64,000 nt of DNA, from IMG/VR virus record IMGVR_UViG_3300035180_000246, positions 1 to 64,000 of that record, one strand, 5' to 3'. Source of the DNA: a virus. Below the pieces are notes generated by a model that did not search any database, was not told the origin of the DNA, and was given only the letters and a program-made list of their open reading frames with translations. Shown here one piece after another: positions 47,498 to 56,595 of the stretch (positions are counted from its first letter, which is position 1; each line of letters opens with the position of its first letter). A program made the translations under genes and the position numbers.

Positions 47498-48844
47498 ATG
47501 GCAAAAATTACTGATGGTAATTTGTTAGTAGTAGGTACAGAAATTACCATTGATACTACTGCAAAAACTTTTACATTGAATCAATCAGGAAACTTGATTT
47601 ATAAAGACGGTGTAACATTGCAGGCACTCTACTCAAAGTTTATTAAACTTTGGGAAACAAGTTCTTATAACAAATACCCATTTCCAATGTATGTAATTGA
47701 TGCTAAATCAGGTCAGTTCCAGTTTGGTACAGATGGTGGTAGCTATAATGGTTGGAAGCCTGCTAATGATACAACACGTCAAGCATTGCGTGATGGTGGT
47801 TGGTCTGAATACGATAGTACTGGTAATCTAAATCGTCAACATGTAGGTATCGTATCGTTAGGTGATGTAAATACTGGTGCTCAATTGTACTATCAAAAAG
47901 TACAAAGTGGCGCACCTACTAACTTTACATTTACAGACGAAGTTAACGAGGGTATCCAGGTATTTGGTGATACCAATAATGGTAATTTTGATAGTCGTGT
48001 ATATTTCAAAGCATTTGCTAGAGAGTATGCTAAAAAGTATAAATCATCTACACTTGCCGATACAGCTCAATCAGGTACTGGTGCTTATACTGTAAACGTA
48101 CTTTTATCTAATGAAGACGATTTAAAAATTCAAGCACCTGATAATTCAATGACATCAGCACCATATAATAACGTTACTGTGACTTATTATACTACTGACC
48201 AGAATAAAGCAATCGGATCAGGCTCATATCCATTTAGAGTAGTTATTGATGGTAATGGGGCAACACTAGAGCAGATCTATACAAAAGCACAATACCTATT
48301 ACGCCAAACTACAGATATTGATTCTGGTACTGGTACAGTAATTGGTAAAACTGCTGATGAGTTATGCTATTTTGTAGGGGATACACTCGTTACTACTGCA
48401 GGTGTGTTTATTACTAACATCCAAGCAGCTGATATTAACAGAATTCAATTTACAGATTATACTGGCGTAGTCCGTACATACCCATTCAGTTCTGCTGGTA
48501 CAACTACATTTAATACACCATTAACTACTGCTGCTGCTGGTTATTACATTATGTATTTCTTGGATACTGTTACTGGTGATTATGGTACTTCTACTGCTAT
48601 CACTGTTAATGATGAAGATGGTATACCTATCCAAGGTACAATTACAGGTAGTTCATTACCATTTACATTTGATTATGATGGTAATACTCAAGGTGGTCGT
48701 ACTGCGGGTACTGATGCTCAAATTGTAATTGTAGCAGGTAACAAAGGTTATGCTAAACCTGTAGTTGTTCAGGGTACTATTACTCGTGCTAAAGGTATCA
48801 GTTTTGGTGCAGTAGCAGAAGCAGACCGTGCTTATATTGGGTAA
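47498..48844 (+). CDS. Virion structural (tail) protein
   Basis: 448-aa beta-rich ORF; LQALYS..K..W, DGGW motifs. Confidence 0.6.
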   Translation: MAKITDGNLLVVGTEITIDTTAKTFTLNQSGNLIYKDGVTLQALYSKFIKLWETSSYNKYPFPMYVIDAKSGQFQFGTDGGSYNGWKPANDTTRQALRDGGWSEYDSTGNLNRQHVGIVSLGDVNTGAQLYYQKVQSGAPTNFTFTDEVNEGIQVFGDTNNGNFDSRVYFKAFAREYAKKYKSSTLADTAQSGTGAYTVNVLLSNEDDLKIQAPDNSMTSAPYNNVTVTYYTTDQNKAIGSGSYPFRVVIDGNGATLEQIYTKAQYLLRQTTDIDSGTGTVIGKTADELCYFVGDTLVTTAGVFITNIQAADINRIQFTDYTGVVRTYPFSSAGTTTFNTPLTTAAAGYYIMYFLDTVTGDYGTSTAITVNDEDGIPIQGTITGSSLPFTFDYDGNTQGGRTAGTDAQIVIVAGNKGYAKPVVVQGTITRAKGISFGAVAEADRAYIG

Positions 48845-48853
48845 ATAAGTTAT

Positions 48854-49351
48854 ATGTCATATACATTTGATGGTGTTAGTAAAGTAATTGCTCTCGATGC
48901 GGGAGTAGTTACTATGTCTGTTAGGGATGTGTATAGTAGATGGGTAGATTGGTTTATCAGTACTGGTGGTAATCAAAAGTATTTACCAGCATTCTTAACA
49001 GTAGGTGGTGATGTAATTGATGCTACTGCTGGAACTAGTATTCCTGTCTATGGATTTTTAGTCAATGGTTGGCGAATTAGACCACAAGAAGCAGATCATA
49101 CATTGATAGTAAATGATGGCATCTTATTGGTTTCTGGTGGGGGTGATCCATTTCTTAATACATTAGGAAGTCATGTTGTAAGGATTAACTACCAACAACC
49201 AGTGCAAGCAATTACTGTTGATACTGGTGGTAGTGGTAATAGTTACACACTAGAACAGATTGCTAATGCTGTTTGGTCTAGTACTAGTAGAACACTCACA
49301 CAGAAAGTGGCAAGTCCTGGCGATGTTATTGCTGCTGTGTTTGCTAAATAG
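48854..49351 (+). CDS. Tail-associated protein
   Basis: DVYSRW.DW..FL.NGWRIRP; IANAVW motif. Confidence 0.6.
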   Translation: MSYTFDGVSKVIALDAGVVTMSVRDVYSRWVDWFISTGGNQKYLPAFLTVGGDVIDATAGTSIPVYGFLVNGWRIRPQEADHTLIVNDGILLVSGGGDPFLNTLGSHVVRINYQQPVQAITVDTGGSGNSYTLEQIANAVWSSTSRTLTQKVASPGDVIAAVFAK

Positions 49352-49486
49352 TTTTAATAATTGCAGTTAAGATGTTAAAATAAAGAAAGAAATAGCTAGA
49401 AAAGATTTATAGCATCGTAGGTGGTGTCTTAATAACACAGGCTATGTTAGCTGAATCAACTGCAAACACATTAACTAAAGGAAACA

Positions 49487-49825
49487 TTGATGGATGATAT
49501 AACTGAACGGGTCATGCGATTAGAGAATGATTTCGCTCATTTTGATAAAACTTTATCAAAGCTCGATACGACGATGGAAAAGCAAGTTCAAAGTAATTTA
49601 ACACTATCACACAGTATTTCTGAACTCACCAGAGAAATCTCACGGAATAGTATGGAAAATGAGCAAACGTTTACACGTATCCATAAAAATATCGATACGA
49701 TGGACACAATGATAAACAGTTTACGTGATGACTATCGAGAGACAAAAACACGCCTTTATGCGTATGGTGGCGTACTCACACTTATTGTCGCCCCAGCTAT
49801 GGCGCTGCTGGTCAAACATCTTTAA
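49487..49825 (+). CDS. Coiled-coil protein with C-terminal TM (lysis-associated, antiholin/XhlA-like)
   Basis: ERV.RLE coiled coil and C-terminal hydrophobic helix; first gene of lysis cassette. Confidence 0.55.
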   Translation: MMDDITERVMRLENDFAHFDKTLSKLDTTMEKQVQSNLTLSHSISELTREISRNSMENEQTFTRIHKNIDTMDTMINSLRDDYRETKTRLYAYGGVLTLIVAPAMALLVKHL

Positions 49826-49848
49826 CTTAAACACAAGGAAACATACAG

Positions 49849-50142
49849 ATGAAACACTTTGATAAACGCCTGTTCTGGTTATTCGTGCCAGCAATTGCCT
49901 TTCTTTATGCCGTTAACGCCAGCTTGTTATTGGAATTTGTTAGCGTTCTGTCGCTAGGTATGTTGGTTGCTGGATTGACGCATATTATCCGCAAAATCTT
50001 ATTACCTTATGTTGATATGGGGGATATGGTAGAACAAGCATCATTATCATCTACAGGTAGTGGGTTGGTCTTTCTAGGTGCATCTGTGATGGTAGCCTCT
50101 TTTGCATTAATGATTAGTATGCTTATGTCAGCAGGGCATTAA
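49849..50142 (+). CDS. Putative holin
   Basis: 97 aa, about 3 TM helices, directly upstream of endolysin. Confidence 0.7.
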   Translation: MKHFDKRLFWLFVPAIAFLYAVNASLLLEFVSVLSLGMLVAGLTHIIRKILLPYVDMGDMVEQASLSSTGSGLVFLGASVMVASFALMISMLMSAGH

Positions 50143-50143
50143 T

Positions 50144-50761
50144 ATGGATGCCTTGCCAGTCAATGCGCTTACCTATTTGCCAGTTCTTAAACAAGAGCAA
50201 GTATCATATTGGCATGAACACTATAAGCCCAGCCTATTAGCTGGACAGGTTGAGCAAGAAAGTTGTACCTCACTTAAATCCCCCAAATGTTGGTCACCCA
50301 ATGCAGAGCTTAAGACTGACAGAGAATGGGGAGTAGGCTTGAGCCAATTCACCAAGACACAGTCTTTTGATGCTATTGAGGAGATCAAAGCCAAACATCC
50401 AGAAATTAACTGGGGAAACTGGTCGTTTAATCATCCATATCAAGCTAACTATCAGTTGCGTGGGTTAGTTGTCTATATGCGAGATTTAAGTAGCGAGGTC
50501 AAAGGGGCAGAAACACCGAATGATAATTATCAAATGGCGTTATCCGCCTATAATGGCGGCATTGGTGGGCTACGTAAAGAACGATTAAAGTGTAGCTTAC
50601 TGCTAACCTGCAACCCCAATATATGGTTTGGCAATGTAGAGTTAAGCAGCATTAAAAGCCACAAACCATTCAAGGGATACGGTCAAAGTCCATATGATAT
50701 TAATCGTGGTTACATTGGATTAGTATATAGCCGTGCTGATAAATATGAAGGGCGATATTGA
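50144..50761 (+). CDS. Endolysin, lytic transglycosylase (SLT-like)
   Basis: QVEQES catalytic Glu, GLSQF, ALSAYNGG.G. Confidence 0.85.
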   Translation: MDALPVNALTYLPVLKQEQVSYWHEHYKPSLLAGQVEQESCTSLKSPKCWSPNAELKTDREWGVGLSQFTKTQSFDAIEEIKAKHPEINWGNWSFNHPYQANYQLRGLVVYMRDLSSEVKGAETPNDNYQMALSAYNGGIGGLRKERLKCSLLLTCNPNIWFGNVELSSIKSHKPFKGYGQSPYDINRGYIGLVYSRADKYEGRY

Positions 50762-51237
50762 TGTGGTTTTACCCAATGATTACAGCAGCGGCTATCAGTT
50801 TCTTTGCTGGATGGTATGTAAATGGATTAAAGCTTAACGCTGAAATTGCACAACTTCATGCTACTTGGAATGAAGCCTACAGCAATCAAGTTAAAGCGAC
50901 GCTAGACAAAGAACACAATATTAACCAGTTAAACACTACGATAGAGGTGAATAATGCTATCAAAGCAAGAGCAATCGATGATGCACATGCTGAAAATATC
51001 AAGCTTGCTGCTGATGTTAAGCGGTTGCAGCACGCAGCCAGTGGCAGTAACCGCACCATGCCCAAAACTAGTGCTGCCTGCCAGTGTACAAGCTCAACCG
51101 CCACAAGCGGATTTTCAGACGAGAGTATCAACATTCTTGTCGAACTGGCAAAAGAAGCTGATGACGCTGCAAGATACGCAAACACCTGCCATGAATGGGC
51201 AGTAGGCGTTACGCAAGAATTAGATAAATCTTACTAA
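50758..51237 (+). CDS. Rz-like inner-membrane spanin
   Basis: N-terminal TM, coiled coil, A.EAD...C. Confidence 0.8.
   Translation: MMWFYPMITAAAISFFAGWYVNGLKLNAEIAQLHATWNEAYSNQVKATLDKEHNINQLNTTIEVNNAIKARAIDDAHAENIKLAADVKRLQHAASGSNRTMPKTSAACQCTSSTATSGFSDESINILVELAKEADDAARYANTCHEWAVGVTQELDKSY
50954..51205 (+). CDS. Rz1-like outer-membrane spanin embedded in Rz (start probably near 50978-50988)
   Basis: Alternate frame; lipobox LMLSGC; Pro-rich CP.L.LP. Confidence 0.75.
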   Translation: MLSKQEQSMMHMLKISSLLLMLSGCSTQPVAVTAPCPKLVLPASVQAQPPQADFQTRVSTFLSNWQKKLMTLQDTQTPAMNGQ

Positions 51238-51259
51238 AGATTGGACAATAAGGGTATGT

Positions 51260-51796
51260 ATGCTTAAAAAGTATATCGAAGAAGGTTATACATTTACTTA
51301 TGGTATTGCTTCAGATTATAGTGCTGTAGAGATAACCAATATTATAGATAAGCTTAAAATAGCTATGAATAAAATGAATGCAACTCTTACTGTAGATATT
51401 ATCAAAATTAATATAGATACGTATGTTAAGGAGATACTGAGCAATCGTTATCAAGTTTTAGCCATGTATGGAGAATCTGAATTAGTTGCTGCTTTTGTTT
51501 ACACCATTGGTAGCTCTGTAACTTACAATGGTGTAATACCTTGCTTCATATGTAACACTGTTTGGGTGTCTGATAGTGTTGTAGCTCATGATGTATTTGA
51601 CAGACTTAGAAATTTTTTATACAGTATAAACGTGTATTGTATAAAAGTGGTAGATGCTAGAAAAGGTTTTATAGATGTATTTGATAAAACTAGATTAAGG
51701 GAAGGTATGGTAGTAAATGAGTTAAATACATCCGATGTTATGGTATACTTTGATAAAAATGATAAAAATACAATAAATTTTATAGTACGAAGGTAG
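51260..51796 (+). CDS. Putative GNAT-fold acyltransferase-like protein
   Basis: Strand/helix pattern YQVLAM..ELVAAFVY..FICNTVWV..L..F....CI.V..ARKGF typical of small phage GNAT-like proteins; precedes ACP. Confidence 0.45.
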   Translation: MLKKYIEEGYTFTYGIASDYSAVEITNIIDKLKIAMNKMNATLTVDIIKINIDTYVKEILSNRYQVLAMYGESELVAAFVYTIGSSVTYNGVIPCFICNTVWVSDSVVAHDVFDRLRNFLYSINVYCIKVVDARKGFIDVFDKTRLREGMVVNELNTSDVMVYFDKNDKNTINFIVRR

Positions 51797-51801
51797 TAGT
51801 A

Positions 51802-52113
51802 ATGAATAAAGAAATCCCTCTACAAGAATTTTTAAATATCTTAAAAGAAACTATCGAATATGAATCTACAGGTTTAGACTTAGATTTTAGTAACTATTCT
51901 ACTAATTCTAAGTTAAAAGATCTAAATTTAGATAGCTTAGATACTGCATTAACTTTAACTGGTTTAGGTAATTATTTTAATATGCCTAGCGATGCTAATG
52001 TAGAAGGTTACTTTCCAGATGTAAAAGGTCCTAAAGCACATCTAACAGTTATGGATTTAGCTGTTTGGATTAATAAGTATAATAATAATGGAGTAAGTAT
52101 TGATGTATCTTAA
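51802..52113 (+). CDS. Acyl carrier protein
   Basis: Acidic 103 aa; LKDLNLDSLD phosphopantetheine Ser motif; L..YF....; TV.DL..WI. Confidence 0.82.
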   Translation: MNKEIPLQEFLNILKETIEYESTGLDLDFSNYSTNSKLKDLNLDSLDTALTLTGLGNYFNMPSDANVEGYFPDVKGPKAHLTVMDLAVWINKYNNNGVSIDVS

Positions 52114-52957
52114 TTCCTATTCTTATACTTTAGATCTTTTAGAATCACGTACTAGTGCATCTCCGCTAACTTTTACAGTTAGTAAACTGGTTTCAGATTT
52201 TAAGTATACACCTGTAGGTGATAAGGTAGGTACTCTACTTGCTGCAGGTAATAGTACTTGGGCAGGCACAGAGACTGTATATCTATCTACTATTAGTAAA
52301 GAAAGTGCTAGAGTATCTTTTATGCAGCAATCGCAAATAGTAGCAGGAAAGTGGGCTAAACAACTAAAAGCTACTGATTGGTTAAGTACAGATGGTTCTG
52401 CTTGTAGTTCTTTAATCATTACTTTAGATTGGGTTAAATATTTATTTGAATCAAGTAAGCTTACAGATGCTATTATTATTAGCGCAGATGATGGTACTAC
52501 TGAACTAGTAAAGCAAGCTTTTACTCAAGCAGGTGTTTTAGGTAAAGCATTTAACGTAGGTTTTGGTGCTAGTATATTTCACGTATCTGCTAAGCAAACT
52601 GCAAATAGTATATGTAAGATATCTAATGTAGTTAATAAATATGCAATTGCTAATACTTTGGTAGATGTGTGTGAAGAAGGGTATACTAGTGTTATTACTA
52701 AAGATTTACCTTTAAACTATGTAAAGATGCATGATACCAATACAGAATCAAATAAGGTAGAATTGGTAGCTGTTAATGTAGCGTATCCAGGATGTGATAC
52801 ATTAAGCTTTAAACAGGAAATAGGACACACTATGGGAAGTTCTACAGGTGTAGAATTATGCCTATGTTTAGATAGGTATCCAAATAGTAATATATTGCAT
52901 TTAAGTGCAGGTATGGGTGGAATGTACGGATCTTTTTTTACGGAGAAACTTAACTAA
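52100..52957 (+). CDS. Compact beta-ketoacyl-ACP synthase (FabF/FabB-like ketosynthase)
   Basis: Cys in GSACSS, F...G.L, F.VG.GA, YVKMHDTNT..N..E, K..IGHTMG.S, GMGG. Confidence 0.8.
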   Translation: MMYLNSYSYTLDLLESRTSASPLTFTVSKLVSDFKYTPVGDKVGTLLAAGNSTWAGTETVYLSTISKESARVSFMQQSQIVAGKWAKQLKATDWLSTDGSACSSLIITLDWVKYLFESSKLTDAIIISADDGTTELVKQAFTQAGVLGKAFNVGFGASIFHVSAKQTANSICKISNVVNKYAIANTLVDVCEEGYTSVITKDLPLNYVKMHDTNTESNKVELVAVNVAYPGCDTLSFKQEIGHTMGSSTGVELCLCLDRYPNSNILHLSAGMGGMYGSFFTEKLN

Positions 52958-55074
52958 TGAAAGATAAATACCTTTCTGCAGATGACAACCTAATTGATGC
53001 AGTTTCTGAAGAACAGTTAGAAAATAATGTTACAGAGACATTTGAGGTTAAGTGGAAGAATCCTCCTAAAGTGTCTAACCTAAAAGGCGACTATATTGCA
53101 GCTTTACCTACACATTCATCACATATTACTAATGTGGGTAATTGGTTAGATTTACTAAGTGGTAAATCTAAAACTAAGTTTGCTAAGAACAGATCTAGCG
53201 TACAACCTAAACTTGCACGTAAACAGGCTGAATGGCGTTATGCTTCATTATCAGAACCTTTTTTAAGTTCTAGTAACATATTTGATGCGCAACCTGTTAC
53301 GTGGGAAGATACTAAGGCTGCTGAACAAAATACTTTAGTACTTAACCACCAATTTAATAACAAAATTAATAAAGTAAGATTTGTTGACGAGTATGTACGT
53401 ACAGCTGTTGATGAAGGTACTATCGTTGTTAAGGTAGGTTGGGAATACGAAGAAGCTGAGCAAATGGTAGAAGAGCCTGTAATGGGTCAGCTTCCTGTAC
53501 AAGATCCTGCTCAAGCTCAACAAATGATTTCTCAAGGTATTCCTCCATTCCAAGAAGCTCAAGTAGGTACTAAACTTGTTAAAAAGATGGTTGCTGTTGA
53601 GAATCATCCTACTACTGAAATTTGTGAATTCGAAAACGTAATCATTGATCCTACATGTAAAGGTGACATTTCAAAAGCGAAGTTTGTCATACATAGATAC
53701 AATGTATCTATGGATGTATTGAAAGCTGATAAGCGTTATAAAAACTTAGACAATATTCAATTTACTGGTGAAGATCCTAGTACTTATCCAGACTACAATG
53801 ATAAAGATGCTGGTAACCTATTTACGTTTAAAGATAAAACTCGCAAGAAAGTAGTAATGTATGAGTATTGGGGATACTGGGATGTTAATAATGATGGTTC
53901 ATTAACTTCTATTTTAGTGTGCTATATTGGTAACACTATTGTTCGTATGGAAGAGAATCCATACCCAGATAAGAAATTGCCTTTTGTAGTAGTTCAATAT
54001 TTACCTGTACGTAAATCTATTTATGGTGAACCTGACAGTGTATTGTTAGAAGATAACCAAGCAATTATTGGAGCTATTACTAGGGGTATGATTGACCTTA
54101 TGGGTAGATCTGCCAATGCTCAACAAGGTATTAGAAAAGATGCTTTAGATGTAATTAATAAGCGTAAATTTGATCTAGGTGAAGATTACCAATTTAGCCC
54201 TAATATCATGAATCCTGAGCAAGCAGTATTTATGCATAGATACCCTGAAATTCCTCAATCAGCTATGATGATGATTCAGTATATGAATAATGAAGCTGAG
54301 TCTATTACAGGCGTTAAAGCTTATAATACAGGCATTGGTGGTCAAGGTTTAGGTAATACAGCTACAGGTGTTAGAGGAGCTTTAGATGCAGCTTCTAAGC
54401 GTGAACTAGGTATTCTTCGCAGATTAGCTGACGGTATTATTCAAATAGGTCGTAAATTCATTTCAATGAATGCTGAATTTTTATCTGATACTGAAGTAGT
54501 TAGAATTACAAATGATGAATTTGTTCCAGTTAAGAGAGATGATTTAGCAGGTAATATTGACTTACGCTTGACAATTAGTACTGCAGAGACAGATAATGAA
54601 AAAGCTCAGGAATTAGCGTTTATGCTACAGACATTAGGTAATAGTGTACCAATGGATGTAACTATGATGATTATGTCTGATATTGCTAAGCTTCGTAAGA
54701 TGCCTGAATTAGCTAAGAGACTTAAAGACTATCAACCCCCTGCTCCAGATCCTATGCAACAACAGATGCAACAATTGCAGTTACAGATGTTACAAGCAGA
54801 GGTTGTAAATGAACAGGCTAAGGGTCAAGATAGACAAGTTGATGCTAAATTGAAATTAGCTAAAGCAGGTGTAGCACAGGCTCAAACTCGTAAGATGAGT
54901 AGTGATGCAGATATGACTGACTTAGATTTTGTAAATAAATCTACAGGTGTTGATCATCAACAGACTCAGGAATTAGCTGCACAAAATCATCAACAAAACA
55001 TTGATGAACATGCAGCAAAAGCATTGCTTGAATTTCATAAAGAAAAAGCAATGCCTAAAGAAGACGCAAAATAA
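52957..55074 (+). CDS. Portal protein (N4 gp59-like)
   Basis: RSSVQPKL.RKQAEWRYA.LSEPFL, YEYWGYWD, TRGMIDL.GRSAN, ASKRE..ILRRLA. Confidence 0.95.
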   Translation: MKDKYLSADDNLIDAVSEEQLENNVTETFEVKWKNPPKVSNLKGDYIAALPTHSSHITNVGNWLDLLSGKSKTKFAKNRSSVQPKLARKQAEWRYASLSEPFLSSSNIFDAQPVTWEDTKAAEQNTLVLNHQFNNKINKVRFVDEYVRTAVDEGTIVVKVGWEYEEAEQMVEEPVMGQLPVQDPAQAQQMISQGIPPFQEAQVGTKLVKKMVAVENHPTTEICEFENVIIDPTCKGDISKAKFVIHRYNVSMDVLKADKRYKNLDNIQFTGEDPSTYPDYNDKDAGNLFTFKDKTRKKVVMYEYWGYWDVNNDGSLTSILVCYIGNTIVRMEENPYPDKKLPFVVVQYLPVRKSIYGEPDSVLLEDNQAIIGAITRGMIDLMGRSANAQQGIRKDALDVINKRKFDLGEDYQFSPNIMNPEQAVFMHRYPEIPQSAMMMIQYMNNEAESITGVKAYNTGIGGQGLGNTATGVRGALDAASKRELGILRRLADGIIQIGRKFISMNAEFLSDTEVVRITNDEFVPVKRDDLAGNIDLRLTISTAETDNEKAQELAFMLQTLGNSVPMDVTMMIMSDIAKLRKMPELAKRLKDYQPPAPDPMQQQMQQLQLQMLQAEVVNEQAKGQDRQVDAKLKLAKAGVAQAQTRKMSSDADMTDLDFVNKSTGVDHQQTQELAAQNHQQNIDEHAAKALLEFHKEKAMPKEDAK

Positions 55075-55111
55075 CTAGGGTAGGCGTACCCATAACTAAA
55101 GGTAAATAGAA

Positions 55112-55462
55112 ATGACTGAATTAAACCAAGAAGCTCAACTAGCTGAAATTGAAATCTCATTAGAGCAAGCAAAAGAAGTAGTAGCCGCAGGATTAGCATT
55201 ACAACGACTTTATGCAAACCAAGACTTTATTAAAGTACTTGCAGATGGTTACTTTAAAGATGAAGCATTACGTTTAGTATACCTTAAAGGTGATAGTGTA
55301 CTTGATGTTGAAGCCATGAAAGATGTTGATAATCAAATTACTGCTATTGGATTGCTGCGAACTTATTTCCGCAGAGTTATGGGTCAAGCTCAACAAGCTC
55401 AACAAGCTATTCAAGATATGCAAGATATGCAGCATGAGATTCTGAATGGTGAAGATGTATGA
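55112..55462 (+). CDS. N4 gp58-like protein
   Basis: AL.RL..N.DF......GYF..EA.RLV; synteny. Confidence 0.8.
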   Translation: MTELNQEAQLAEIEISLEQAKEVVAAGLALQRLYANQDFIKVLADGYFKDEALRLVYLKGDSVLDVEAMKDVDNQITAIGLLRTYFRRVMGQAQQAQQAIQDMQDMQHEILNGEDV

Positions 55463-56568
55463 GTGATGAAGTTAACTATTTAGGAATGTCTGATGAAGAC
55501 ATTCTAGCAATGGATCTAGAAGACTTAAAAGAGTCTTCTAGCGATACAACGAATTCTGATGAAGCAGATAGTACACCTAAAGAAGATAATACTGTAGAAG
55601 GCTCTACAGAAGCTTCTGAAGCTAGTACTTCTGAAACTGAGGGTGAAGCAGAGCAAACTACAGATACCAATCCAGTTGACGGACAGGAAGTATCTGGCGA
55701 ATCTCAGCAAAAAGATGTCTCTACCAAAGATGTCAAAGATGTTTCTGAACCAGAAACTGTAGACTACAAAGCAGCTTATGAACGGTTACTAGCACCGTTT
55801 AAAGCTAATGGTAAGACTGTGCAAGTGGATAGCGTTGAGGACGCTGTATCGCTTATGCAAATGGGTGCAAATTACAACAAACGTATGCAGGAATTAAAAC
55901 CTAACTTACGTATTGTGAAGATGCTAGGGGATAACGGACTATTAGATGAAGCTAAACTTAATATGCTTATTGAAGTTGCTCAAGGTAAACCTGAAGCAAT
56001 TAAGAAGCTGGTAGCTGATAATCAGTTAGATGCATACTCCCTAGATGCTGAAACAGACTCTAAGTATATGCCCAATGATTACCGCGTAAATGACTCACAA
56101 CTTGAGTTAGACGAAGTAATTACGGAATTACGTGAATCACCAGCATTTACACGTACTGCAGATATTGTAGGAAATAGGTGGGATGCTGCAAGCAAAGCTA
56201 CCATTGCTGCCAATCCAAGACTACTTCGTGACATTAATGCTCATATGGAATCAGGTGCTTATGACGCAATTGCAGCTGAAATTGAAAAGCAAAGAATGTT
56301 AGGAAGAACTCCTGCAGGAGTATCTGATTTACAGTTATATGAGCTTACCGCTAAGTACATGTTAGAAATGTACAACAAAGCTCAACAAACTCAAAATAAG
56401 ACACCTATGGATAATGTTAAAGAACAACAACGGAATGCTAAAAAGCAGGCCCTAGCTCCTACAAAAAGTATGTCTTCTACAAAAAGTCAGGCAGTTCCAG
56501 ATTTTTTATCTATGTCAGATGAAGAGTTTGAGAAGTATGCTAAAGCTGATTTGTTTAAGACAGTTTAA
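55459..56568 (+). CDS. N4 gp57-like protein (scaffold / so-called tape measure)
   Basis: MSDE repeats, PFKANG, LMQMGANY..M. Confidence 0.85.
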   Translation: MSDEVNYLGMSDEDILAMDLEDLKESSSDTTNSDEADSTPKEDNTVEGSTEASEASTSETEGEAEQTTDTNPVDGQEVSGESQQKDVSTKDVKDVSEPETVDYKAAYERLLAPFKANGKTVQVDSVEDAVSLMQMGANYNKRMQELKPNLRIVKMLGDNGLLDEAKLNMLIEVAQGKPEAIKKLVADNQLDAYSLDAETDSKYMPNDYRVNDSQLELDEVITELRESPAFTRTADIVGNRWDAASKATIAANPRLLRDINAHMESGAYDAIAAEIEKQRMLGRTPAGVSDLQLYELTAKYMLEMYNKAQQTQNKTPMDNVKEQQRNAKKQALAPTKSMSSTKSQAVPDFLSMSDEEFEKYAKADLFKTV

Positions 56569-56595
56569 GTCTATTTAGGTTGAAGGAATATTATT

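Noticed and set aside
44899-49351. Diversity-generating retroelement or invertible tail cassette
   Set aside because: No reverse transcriptase, invertase or TR/VR repeat pair seen
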